Assembly (NCBI GenBank): GCA_002269645.1
Contig: NIVC01002800.1
Span: 1-64,000 of the forward strand
Direction of reading: 5' to 3'
Length of the DNA: 64,000 nt
From: Macrostomum lignano
Taxonomy: Eukaryota
The notes beneath the pieces were generated by a model. It was not told where the DNA came from. It did no database searches and was given only the letters and a program-made list of their open reading frames with translations. Both the position numbers and the translations under genes were made by a program. Each line of letters starts with the position of its first letter. Positions within the stretch are counted from its first letter, which is position 1. Below, piece by piece: positions 51,180 to 62,129 of the stretch.

Positions 51180-51941
51180 GTGCAGCACTACATGCGCTGC
51201 CTGCTGGATGCCCTCAGCCGAGTGCACTCAATGGGCGTAGTGCATCGCGACGTGAAGCCCAGCAACGCGCTGTACAATCCGGCCACCGGCCAGTTTGCTC
51301 TGGCCGACTTTGGTCTGGCCCACCTGGTGCAGCAGCAGCCGCAACGGCCGAGACCGGCCGCCCGGCCAGCCGCTGTTGGTTCGGCCGCGGTTTTCCCGTC
51401 CAATAAGTCCGCGGCCGCCTCGTGCCGCTGCGCCTCCGGGCTCGTGTGCGGCCCCTGCCTGTCCAAGCGGCCGATCCGAGCGCCACGCGGCGGCACCAAC
51501 GGCTACAGGCCGCCGGAAGTGCTGCTGCAGGCCGACAGCCAGGACTGTCGGGTGGACACCTGGGCGGCCGGCTGCATTCTGGCCGCTTTCCTGTCCGGCC
51601 GGCAGCCGTTTCTCTGGTGCCGCTCGGACACGGAATGCCTGTACCTGCTGTGCTGCCTGTTCGGCCTGAACTCCATGCGATCCGCTGCCGCCGCTGTCGG
51701 GCGCGAGCTGCGCGTGCTGCCAGTCGCCTCGGAGACTCTGCCAGAAGCCGAGTTCCCCTGTCGGCGAGACCGGCTGTCCAGCGTCTGTCGGTTGATACGC
51801 GGAACCGAGGCCGGCAGCTCCGATGGTCCGTCGTCGTCAGTGTTTGACCTGCTCAGCGGATTGCTGCAAGCCGATCCGGCGAAGCGGCTGACAGCTGCCG
51901 ACGCTCTCAAGCATCCGTACTTTGCTTCGGCTAAGCGCTAA
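51180..51941 (+). CDS. CDC7: CDC7 kinase exon 2 (384 aa total)
   Basis: HRDVKPSNALY, DFGLA, the CDC7-specific Zn motif CRC-x4-CGPC followed by RAPRGGTNGYRPPE, and FLSGRQPF. Confidence 0.93.
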   Translation: MQHYMRCLLDALSRVHSMGVVHRDVKPSNALYNPATGQFALADFGLAHLVQQQPQRPRPAARPAAVGSAAVFPSNKSAAASCRCASGLVCGPCLSKRPIRAPRGGTNGYRPPEVLLQADSQDCRVDTWAAGCILAAFLSGRQPFLWCRSDTECLYLLCCLFGLNSMRSAAAAVGRELRVLPVASETLPEAEFPCRRDRLSSVCRLIRGTEAGSSDGPSSSVFDLLSGLLQADPAKRLTAADALKHPYFASAKR

Positions 51942-51989
51942 TCCGACTGGGCTTTGCTTTGTTAACCGTAGTAGCCGGATTGGGGGTGT

Positions 51990-52520
51990 TGGTAACTGGG
52001 ATTGTTGACCTTAGCAACCGGGTTGTTGACCTTATCAACCAGGTTGTTGACCTTAGCAACTGGGTTGTTGACCTTATCAACTGGTGTTGGCCTTAGCAAT
52101 TGGGTTGTTTACCATGCCAACTGGGTTGTTAACCTTAGCAACCAGGTTGTTGATCTAATCAACCAGGTTGTTGACCTTAGCAACTGGGTCGTTGACCTTA
52201 GCAACCGGGTTGTTGACCTTAGCAACCAGGTTGTTGACCTTAGCAACCGGATTGTTCACCATGCCAACTGGGTTGTTGACCTTAGAAACCAGGTTGTTGA
52301 CCTTAACAGAGCAGCGGGTTCTTGACCTTAGCAACCAGGTTGTTGATCTTAGCAACTGGGTTTTTGACCTTAGTAACTGGGTTTTTTTCACCATGTCAAC
52401 TGGGTTTTTGACCTTAACAGAGCAGCGGGTTGTTGACCTGGCAACCAGGTTGTTGACCTTAGCAACCAGGTTGTTTTCCTTAGCAACTGGATCGTTGACC
52501 TTAGCAACTAGGTTGTAGAC
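51990..52520. repeat. 21-bp minisatellite TTGTTGACCTTAGCAACCAGG after the CDC7 stop codon
   Basis: Read directly. Confidence 0.9.
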
Positions 52521-52974
52521 ATTAGCATAGCAGCGGGGTTGTTTCATACAATATAAGATATCGACCTTAGCAACCAAATTTGTTATCTTAAGAAACCATG
52601 CTGTTAGCCTTAGTAACAGAATTTTTGCTCTGTTAAAAACCAGTTTTTGTGCTATTATTGACCTGTGCATTTCCTATGTTAGTGAGCATTTCTGTATAAT
52701 CTATGCATATACGAGCTACCAATGCCCAACGTATTTGAATGTTTACAGCCAATGCCAGGAATCTTGACCGTCTGGCTGCACTATTTATTAATTTTTAATG
52801 CTGTTATAATATTTTCGCGTCAACTATATAATTTTTGTGCAACTAATGGCAGTGCATTTCTTAGAATTTTATCTAAAGTACAAGTATTTTTCATATTAAA
52901 AATGCTTTTATGCCTGTCGAATATTAGCAGGCTGAGATATCCTTACTTGGGATTGGAAATAGGTTCGGATGTTC

Positions 52975-54102
52975 TCACGACTGGGTTATTCTCACCTTGA
53001 GATTGGAGATAGTTGAGATATTCTCACCATGAGATTAGAGATCGGCTGGGATATTCTCACCTTGATATCGGCTAAGATTTTCTCACCTTGATATCGGCTG
53101 GGATTTTCTCACCTTGATATCGGCTGGGATTTTCTCACCTTGATATCGGCTGGGATTTTCTCACCTTGATATCGGCTGGGATTTTCTCACCTTGATATCG
53201 GCTGGGATTTTCTCACCTTGATATCGGCTGGGATATTCTCACATTGAAATTGGAGATCGGCTAGGATATTCTCACCTTGAGATTGGGGATCGGCTGGGAT
53301 ATTCTCACCTTGAGATTGGGGATCGGCTGGGATATTCTCACCTTGAGATTGGGGATCGGCTGGGATATTCTCACCTTGAGATTGGGGATCGGCTGGGATA
53401 TTCTCACCTTGAGATTGGGGATCGGCTGGGATATTCTCACCTTGAGATTGGGGATCAGCTGGGATATTCTCACCTTGAGATTAGGGATCGGCTGGGATAT
53501 TCTCACCTTGAGATTGGGGATCGGCTGGGATATTCTCACCTTGAGATTGGGGATCGGCTGGGATATTCTCACCTTGAGATTGGGGATCGGCTGGGATATT
53601 CTCACCTTGAAATTGGGGATCGGCTGGGATATTCTCACCTTGATATCGGCTGGGATATTCTCACCTTGAGATTGGGGATCGGCTGGGATATTCTCACCTT
53701 GATATCGGCTGGGATATTCTCACCTTGAGATTGGGGATCGGCTGGGATATTCTCACCTTGAGATTGGGGATCGGCTGGGATATTCTCACCTTGAGATTGG
53801 GGATCGGCTGGGATATTCTCACCTTGAGATTGGGGATCGGCTGGGATATTCTCACCTTGAGATTGGGGATCGGCTGGGATATTCTCACCTTGAGATTGGG
53901 GATCGGCTGGGATATTCTCACCTTGAGATTGGGGATCGGCTGGGATATTCTCACCTTGAGATTGGGGATCGGCTGGGATATTCTCACCTTGATATCGGCT
54001 GGGATATTCTCACCTTGAGATTGGAGATCAGCTGGATTATTCTCACCTTGAGATAGTAGATCGGATGGGATATTTCCACCTTGAGATTGATATTCTCACC
54101 TT
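52975..54102. repeat. 33-bp minisatellite TTCTCACCTTGAGATTGGGGATCGGCTGGGATA (with a 25-bp variant) upstream of PSMG3
   Basis: Read directly. Confidence 0.95.
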
Positions 54103-54206
54103 TAGACCAGCGATCTAAAACTTCTATAATTTCAACCTATTAGATGGTGCTAGACTTCGCTATATCAACTCTCTTGCTTGTTATCACAATTCCAGCAGGA
54201 ACCAGC

Positions 54207-54575
54207 ATGCCAAAGGTGTACAAAACCACTCACCAGTTCGATGGCGACCTGCCCGCACTTGTTCACCTGAGCGTGCTGGAATTCTCTGACCGCCTGCTCC
54301 TGTCGGTGTCCGACTCGGGCAAGCTGGGCTGCTTCTTTGTGCCGGCGCCCGGCCTCCAGGCCGATGACGCGGAGGCTCGGTTCGGCGCGCCAAAATCGCC
54401 GGCCACCTCGCGGGCAGCGCGTCTCCTTGGCGACAGTCTTCGCCGAGGCGCCGACGCCGGGAGTAGCGCATCAACGGCGCCTGTCGTGAGCCTGTGCCTC
54501 GCGAACGAGAGCCGCAGTCGGGTCCAGCTGCTCTGCGAATTGGTGGCTCAATTTCGCACCTGGCCGCAGGCGTGA
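54207..54575 (+). CDS. PSMG3: Proteasome assembly chaperone 3 (PAC3), intronless, 122 aa
   Basis: FSDRLLLSVSDSGKLG resembles human FSSHILVVVTQFGKMG. The C-terminal VVSLCL...LCELVAQFRTW resembles VLLAVAV...LREVIRVCQVW. Expected size. Confidence 0.78.
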   Translation: MPKVYKTTHQFDGDLPALVHLSVLEFSDRLLLSVSDSGKLGCFFVPAPGLQADDAEARFGAPKSPATSRAARLLGDSLRRGADAGSSASTAPVVSLCLANESRSRVQLLCELVAQFRTWPQA

Positions 54576-55262
54576 ATTATTTTGATAATTTTTGAAAATG
54601 AAAATACTACTTGCAGCGTCTGTTTGGAGTTTTTTCCTGTAATTTTCTACGAGCAATAAAATTCTAAAAGTGCGGCATTTATTTTTGTACTTTGGTGTAA
54701 ATATCAATTGAAAGAATAATACAAGGAAATTGCCAAGCTGTTGTAATGTTGAAAATAATTCTAACTGCGCTTTGTTTCTTAATACCAGCTTTTGTATTTT
54801 TATTCTTACTATACAATAGGAAATCGAACTTAATAAATAGTACTAAAGGCTTATTGAGGGGTAATGCGCTGCACTGAAAACACAGAAAATAATTGCAGGA
54901 AAAACCCAGTTCCGATGTCTAAATCCTCTTGGCGGCACACGAGTATACTATAAGAGCATATCTTCGCTTTGGGGATATTACGAGTATTCCAGTTTCTTAG
55001 AAATAAAAAGAACTGTTTGGTGCCGTACAGTGTAGATGTAAATTGAATGCATTGGGTACGTTAAGATGCCCTAGGTACACGTATCTTTTGCAGATTAGCA
55101 CTGCATTACAGTAATATATAATATAGTTCACTTTAAGCATTGGAACACAGGCGGGTGGTAGCGCTGAAGGAAACGGCCACCGGAACAGTTTTACGATCGA
55201 AGTTTTGGAATGAAACTTATTTGCACTGTCCTAATCTTCAACATTCTCGTATTCTTTATGGC

Positions 55263-55660
55263 TCGTGTTCCCGCACCAGCCAATATGCGTCAAGTTTGGG
55301 TAAGAGGCCCTGTTCCCGCACCAGCCAATGAGCGTCGAGTTTGGGTAAGAGGCCCTGTTCCCGCATCAGTCAATGAGCGTCGAGTTTGGGTAAGAGGCCC
55401 TGTTCCCGCATCAGTCAATGAGCGTCGAGTCTGGCTAAGAGGCCCTGTTCCCGCACCAGCCAATATGCGTCAATTTTGGGTAAGAGGCCCTGTTCCCGCA
55501 CCAGCCAATGAGCGTCGAGTTTGGGTAAGAGGCCCTGTTCCCGCATCAGTCAATGAGCGTCGAGTCTGGCTAAGAGGCCCTGTTCCCGCATCAGTCAATG
55601 AGCGTCGAGTCTGGCTAAGAGGCCCTGTTCCCGCATCAGTCAATGAGCGTCGAGTCTGGG
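55263..55660. repeat. 45-bp minisatellite, about 9 copies, between the convergent PSMG3 and orphan genes
   Basis: Unit GGTAAGAGGCCCTGTTCCCGCACCAGCCAATGAGCGTCGAGTTTG. Confidence 0.93.
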
Positions 55661-55852
55661 TCGGGAATCAAGTTTGCGTACTCAACCCCAACTAAACTAT
55701 CTTATTAATACTTTAATGGGTAAAGCTATTCTGCTGCAGTCATCAGTCATGCAATGTAAAGTTGCAAGTTGCAAAGTTTTCAACATTTCTCGAGTACGCG
55801 TATAAGCCGGCTAAAACTTGAATTGATTTTTTATCCAATCGCTTCGAGTCGC

Positions 55853-56467
55853 TCACTGCAAGCCGAACGATACAGACGACATTCGAACTGTCGGGGCGGC
55901 GGCCGAGATCCTTCTCAGCTGAATCGGGGCCTTCGACTCCTTGTCCGACTTCGCTGAGGCTGACCCGCTCCGGGACTGTCGCGGGCCGAGCGGCTGTCGC
56001 GGCTTGCCGGACGCGTCCCGAACGCCGCCCTCCCGCGCCACGTTGGACTGATTCTCGCCGTCTTCCCGAGCCCCGACGCCCAGCAGCAGCATGTCGAGCA
56101 GGCCGATGATGTTCAGCTGGCGTTGCAGCGGAAAATTCTTCGTCGACAAGAAGATGCCGCGCCGTTCGCGTTTAGTCATGTGCCAGGGAGCGTACAGGAT
56201 GCGCCCGGTCTCGCGATCGCGGAGCGGCTCCGTGGGCGACTTGAGGTCGTAGACTTCGCCATACTTGTGGTGTGTGATGCCGACTCGCTGGTAGCCGTAG
56301 ACCAGCGGCTTGTTGTCCGGCACGAACTCGTTGCACTGTAGGCGGGCCTTGGCGGTGTCGCGGTACTCCTCCAGGTTCACGCTGCCCGGCAGGATGCCCT
56401 CGATGAGCCGCTTGGCCTGGCGGGTGGCGCCGTGAAATGCGTGGGATTGTAAAGTGTAAGTAGGCTG
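55853..56467 (-). CDS. Unrecognised protein, exon 2 (terminal)
   Basis: Tandem acceptor CTGCAG|CAG|CCT, phase 0. Non-repetitive GC-rich ORF to TGA at 55853. Confidence 0.7.
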   Translation of the reverse strand, partial: QPTYTLQSHAFHGATRQAKRLIEGILPGSVNLEEYRDTAKARLQCNEFVPDNKPLVYGYQRVGITHHKYGEVYDLKSPTEPLRDRETGRILYAPWHMTKRERRGIFLSTKNFPLQRQLNIIGLLDMLLLGVGAREDGENQSNVAREGGVRDASGKPRQPLGPRQSRSGSASAKSDKESKAPIQLRRISAAAPTVRMSSVSFGLQ

Positions 56468-56609
56468 CTGCAGTACGAGTTTCGTTAGAGGGGATCGGCA
56501 AGCTAACAAAGTTTCGCCGGATTTAGCATTTAGTGAAGTGAAATAGCATTTGCATTTATGGAATTAATAATTTTGCTTCGGGGCAACTAAATATAGCGCC
56601 TGCTAAACT

Positions 56610-57122
56610 GAAATGAGTGCCTGCGGCGCTAAAATGAGTGCCTCCGGCGCCAAAATGAGTGCCTCCGGCGCCAAAATGAGTGCCTGCGGCGCTAAAATGA
56701 GTGCCTGCGGCGCCAAAATGAGTGCCTCCGGCGCCAAAATGAGTGCCTCCGGCGCCAAAATAAGTGCCTGCGGCGCTAAAATGAGTGCCTCCGGCGCAAA
56801 AATGAGTGCCTGCGGCGCTAAAATGAGTGCCTCCGGCGCCAAAATGAGTGCCTGCGGAGCCAAAATGAGTGCCTGCGGAGCCAAAATAAGTGCCTGCGGC
56901 GCCAAAATGAGTGCCTGCGGAGCCAAAATGAGTGCCTCCGGCGCCAAAATGAGTGCCTGCGGAGCCAAAATGAGTGCCTCCGGCGCCAAAATGAGTGCCT
57001 GCGGAGCCAAAATGAGTGCCTGCGGAGCCAAAATGAGTGCCTGTGGAGCCAAAATGAGTGCCTGCGGAGCCAAAATGAGTGCCTGCGGCGCCAAAATAAG
57101 TGCCTGCGGTGCCAAAATGAGC
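56610..57122. repeat. 21-bp minisatellite GGCGCCAAAATGAGTGCCT(C/G)C in the orphan gene intron
   Basis: Read directly. Confidence 0.95.
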
Positions 57123-57344
57123 GCTGACAACACCGATTCTCAAAAATAATATACATGTACACGTAGAATTCTTGGCTTTGTCCCCCAACCACAAAATCCA
57201 TGGCGACGCCTCTGTGAAGCGTTGCCGCTCTCAAATAACCCTCCAAGTTTCTCCAACAAACTTGTGAGGATAAAACAGCTAACATGGATTTAAAGTTCAG
57301 CTACATGGATTTGAGTTTATGGCATGCTAATCAATATTCCACAC

Positions 57345-57602
57345 CTGCGCATGTTTAGCCCGAGTCGGCGCCACCACCATGAGCAGCTGGTACTTGATCC
57401 AGGTGTCGCCAGCGCCGCGCCTGTACAGTGACCGAGTGTTCATGACCAGCTGGCAGCTGCACTTGGCCTCAATCATGTTCTTGTTAGCCGGCAGCAGCAG
57501 CGGGGTCAGCAGCTCGCTAACGGCCAGCAGCAGGTACTTTCTAGTGGACTTGCCAGCCCCGATCGCGTTGAATGAGACGGTGAAGCCGCGGTATTTGGAC
57601 AT
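57345..57602 (-). CDS. Unrecognised protein, exon 1 (MSKYRGFTVSF...KHAQ)
   Basis: ATG 13 nt after a CCCAG acceptor. 86 codons with strong C/G third-position bias. Donor CAG|GTGTGG, phase 0. Confidence 0.7.
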
Positions 57603-58862
57603 TGGCGAGCAAACTCTGGGACTATGAAATTCTATATAACCACACTAGCCAAATTTTAGGCGTTGACTATCGATTGAAGGGAATAGTTTTGCCAGTTTGT
57701 CTCATCTACATCTGGTCAATGTCTATGGCTGAAACCCCCTGTTTGGGTTCGAGAATAGATCTTATATTCCCTCCCTCCTTAGCAAACTTTTTCACATTAG
57801 CTCCTATGGCCACATAAGTGGTTAATGAGTGGCCCATCTTGTGCATATACATATCTCATACATGTTTGATCTTTGGGTTCGAGCACAGCAAATGGGCTGT
57901 GTAACTATCTAGAATGGAAATGGCTTATCATAGCGGCAGCATAAGGAGCACAATGATAAGAACAAGGATGAAAAGGAGGATAAGGAGGGTAAGGAGGATA
58001 AGGAGGGTAAGGGTAAGGAGGGTAAGGAGGATAAGGATGGAAAGGAGGATAAGAAGGGTAAGGAGAATTAAATTGATTGCAAAATCGATGTTAAGTAAAT
58101 AAAAATAAATAATGTAAAACAGATGAAAAGACTTTGAACAACACTGACAGATCTGTTTTAGTCATATTTAAATTTTACGACACAATGTAAATGGTAACGT
58201 TTTCAATTATAAGTAGCATAGCTCATATGGTATCTATATTTAATAAATATATATTCATACATCATAGATTCAAATATGCAGACTTGTCGGGCATCAAAGA
58301 AACAATCGGGGAGAGAAACACACGCCAGTGTACAGCACAAGCCGCTAGTTAATACGATAGCTTTATGACAAAATTCACCGCTTTTTCAATACAGTTACAA
58401 GTAGTATGAAGCGTACACGAAGCTATTTATTCATGTTAACATTATAAAACTCCTGTTTTACCAAGAGCGAGCAAATTTCTAGGACAAGAGGAAGAGTTGT
58501 AATGCGCGGCTGGTCTTTGTGCGCGAGATTTCACAATTGAGCAGGCGGAATCCAACTGAATTATTAATATTGCTAAATCTATTCCTGTTGCAAATTCTAA
58601 CGAGTATTGAGAACTGAAATTAGTAATTAGTTGGATAAAATATTTTGGTTGCAATTATAGCAATAGACAATTTGTAAGCGAAATGGGGATTCGTTAAACA
58701 AAAATAACTGCTAGAATTAAACTGAGGGGAATGTATTTAATATACCAGTACATAATGTATATACTGCAGCAGGCAGTTTTATGCGTTGAAAAATAATGTT
58801 TTATGTTCATATAGGGCTGGCTGCTAGCAAATAAGTAGCAATTGCACATGCAGGGAAAAGGG

Positions 58863-59472
58863 AGAGGCGGCAGACAGCTGGGAGAGGCGGCAGACAGCAG
58901 GGAGGGGCGGCAGACAGCAAGGAGGGGCGGCAGACAGCAGGGAGGGGCGGCAGACAGCAGGGAGGGGCGGCAGACAGCTGGGAGGGGCGGCAGACAGCAG
59001 GGAGGGGCGGCAGACAGCAGGGAGGGGCGGCAGACAGCAGGGAGGGGCGGCAGACAGCTGGGAGGGGCAGCAGACAGCAAGGAGAGGCGGCAGACAGAAG
59101 GCTGAGAAGGCCAGCAGACAGCTGGGAGAGGCGGCAGACAGAAGGCTGAGAAGGCCAGCAGACAGCTGGGAGAGGCGGCAGACAGAAGGCTGAGAAGGCC
59201 AGCAGACAGCTGGGAGAGGCGGCAGACAGAAGGCTGAGAAGGCCAGCAGACAGCTGGGAGAGGCGGCAGACAGAAGGCTGAGAAGGCCAGCAGACAGCTG
59301 GGAGAGGCGGCAGACAGAAGGCTGAGAAGGCCAGCAGACAGCTGGGAGAGGCGGCAGACAGAAGGCTGAGAAGGCCAGCAGACAGCTGGGAGAGGCGGCA
59401 GACAGAAGGCTGAGAAGGCCAGCAGACAGCTGGGAGAGGCGGCAGACACAAGGCTGAGAAGGCCAGCAGACA
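58863..59472. repeat. 21-bp then 44-bp purine-rich minisatellite (GGCAGACAG core)
   Basis: Read directly. Confidence 0.93.
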
Positions 59473-60607
59473 GTAAAGACAGTGATATGAGCAAGAAACG
59501 TGAGGAACTCGCAGGCCAGACAAAGGAAGCAGACGTAATAAACTGGCCAGCCAAGGCGGGCCTGAATCAAGCACTGATTCACACACACGGCATGCATGAA
59601 GCAAAAGTGCATGTACACATTAAATGAGCACAGCGGGGTGGCGGTCAAGCAAGTTAAGTATTATACGAATTAATAATTTGAAACAAAAACCGACGGGCAA
59701 TAAAGGGGGTTTAAAATATTAATTAACCAATATTTATCTGCCGGCTAATTAACAGTTAAAACAAACAATCGATCGACATGTAGTTTTCTAAGAACTATTA
59801 CTCAGAATAACAAACTTTGGATTGATAATAAAAAAGCAACAAAAGAAAAATCAAAGATGACGCGACAGCAAAATAGCCAATTCGGAAGTATTCAATAGTT
59901 ATTTAACTGGATTTGAGATTCCGGCAGCCCCTGACATAATCAGTTATGATATTAGCTCATTAATTATTAATTGTTTAGTTAACAGCACGAATATCTGGAC
60001 ATATTTTCTCCTATAGTCTTGTAGATAAAGTTTATTTAAAAGTCGTTCCAGCTAATGTTCAATCAACTTTCTACTAACCACAGTAGGCTAGTTGGAGTTT
60101 TAATCAGCTATGGGTACTTTTGAGTCGGCAAACTGTTTTACAAGAAAGGCTAGATAAAAAAATCTAGCTCATGGCTGCGGACCAGATGAGAGAGGAAAAG
60201 AAGGCAGAGGTGAGAGTAGATATGAGAATAGATGAGGTGAGAGGGGGCGGGAGGAGAGAGTAGAGAGCAGAGAGGAGAAAGGAGAGAAAAGAGAGGAAAG
60301 AGCAGAGGAGAGAGGGAGAGAAGAAAGAAGAGAGAGAGACAGAGAAGAGACGCAAACCTTGAGCGGGCTGGATTGCTATTGTGACGTTTCCAAGGACCCG
60401 AGGGCCGGATAGAGAGGCTTCGCGGGCCGCATTTGGCCGACCGCTGAAGTAAAAGGGGCTAAAAGAAGCTACACTTGCAAGTCTTGCTAATATTTCCACT
60501 AATTAGTGACACCGGCCAATGACGACAGTCAAATATTCTTTATGGTCCAGACTATCGGACAGATTTCTTAGAAACACATGGAACAGACAGGCGGGTCCAT
60601 TGAAATT

Positions 60608-61164
60608 CTACAGGAAAGGATTGGTACCGGCAGACGGAGGCTGCGGCTGCTGCTGATAATAAGGGGGCGGCGCCGGCCCGCCACCGAAGAACGGATTGGC
60701 CGCCTGCGCCTGCGGCTGCATGCCGAAGCCGCCACCTCCGCCTCCGCCGCCGCCGCCGCCACCTCCAAACGGATTAAACGGATTAGCAACAGGGCCGCTT
60801 GCCGTGGTGGCCGGGGCCGCCCAGGAGCCGCCGCCGCCGCCGCCCCAGCCAGTATTCCAGGACTGCGACGCCGGAACGCCCATGCCGCCTCCCATGGAGT
60901 CCCAACTGGGCTGAGCACCGCCAGACCAAGGCGCTGTCGATATTGGCGCGCTGGTTGTGGCGCCGACGCCGCCGCTTCCGTTGCTGCCCCAGTTGATGCC
61001 GACGCCGGCGTTGCCGCCGCCTCCGCCTCCGCCTGTCCAGTTGATTGGCCCGCTGTGCATTGCGGGCTGCTGGTGTCCGCCGAACACGGAGCCAAAGCCG
61101 CCTCCGCCGCCGCCTCCACCGCCGCCGCTGCCGCCAAAGCCTTCGCTTGAGAATGCGCTCGGAC
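60608..61164 (-). CDS. Terminal exon of an NPF/FG-rich endocytic adaptor (AGFG1/Hrb-like, or epsin-like); rest of the gene lies upstream
   Basis: Acceptor CCTTCAAG|GT, phase 1. Four NPF motifs (ANPFNPF, ANPFF, TNPFL-stop) and several FG dipeptides. No DPW repeats. Confidence 0.75.
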
Positions 61165-61223
61165 CTTGAAGGGGGATCCATTCAGATGGATATTAATAAA
61201 CATATTCTGGCTTCTTAATAGGC

Positions 61224-62085
61224 CACTGTTCTGCCCTGTGACTCTTCTTGGTGGGTCACTGTTCTGTCCTGTGACTCTTCTTGGTGGGTCACTGTTCTGT
61301 CCTGTGACTCTTCTTGGTGGGTCACTGTTCTGTCCTGTGACTCTTCTTGGTGGGTCACTGTTCTGCCCTGTGACTCTTCTTGGTGGGTCACTGTTCTGCC
61401 CTGTGACTCTTCTTGGTGGGTCACTGTTCTGTCCTGTGACTCTTCTTGGTGGGTCACTGTTCTGTCCTGTGACTCTTCTTGGTGGGTCACTGTTCTGTCC
61501 TGTGACTCTTCTTGGTGGGTCACTGTTCTGCCCTGTGACTCTTCTTGGTGGGCCACTGTTCTGCCCTGTGACTCTTCTTGGTGGGTCACTGTTCTGTCCT
61601 GTGACTCTTCTTGGTGGGTCACTGTTCTGTCCTGTGACTCTTCTTGGTGGGTCACTGTTCTGTCCTGTGACTCTTCTTGGTGGGTCACTGTTCTGCCCTG
61701 TGACTCTTCTTGGTGGGTCACTGTTCTGTCCTGTGACTCTTCTTGGTGGGTCACTGTTCTGTCCTGTGACTCTTCTTGGTGGGTCACTGTTCTGCCTCTG
61801 TGACTTCTTGGTGGGTCACTGTTCTGCCTCTGTGACTTCTTGGTGGGTCACTATTCTGCCCTGTGACTCTTTTTGGTGGGTCACTGTTCTGCCTCTGTGA
61901 CTTCTTGGTGGGTCACTATTCTGCCCTGTGACTCTTCTTGGTGAGTCACTGTTCTGCCTCTGTGACTTCTTGGTGGGTCACTGTTCTGCCTCTGTGACTT
62001 CTTGGTGGGTCACTGTTCTGCCTCTGTGACTTCTTGGTGGGTCACTATTCTGCCCTGTGACTCTTCTTGGTGGGTCACTGTTCTG
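61224..62085. repeat. 33-bp minisatellite CACTGTTCTGCCCTGTGACTCTTCTTGGTGGGT filling the last intron of the NPF-adaptor gene
   Basis: Read directly. Confidence 0.95.
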
Positions 62086-62102
62086 CTCATCTACATCCTT
62101 AC

Positions 62103-62129
62103 TACATCTGGATGGATCACTGCCCGGTC
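62103..62129 (-). CDS. Candidate 27-nt microexon of the NPF-adaptor gene (G-P-G-S-D-P-S-R-C)
   Basis: TTTACCTGCTCACAG|GACCGGGCAGTGATCCATCCAGATGTA|GTAAGG. Phase 1 to phase 1, in frame with the terminal exon. Confidence 0.5.

Noticed and set aside
57160-57262. Extra middle exon of the orphan gene, including an in-frame TGA read as selenocysteine (FVGETWRVI*ERQRF)
   Set aside because: Exons 1 and 2 already join in phase 0. The segment has no matching donor in phase and I saw no SECIS.
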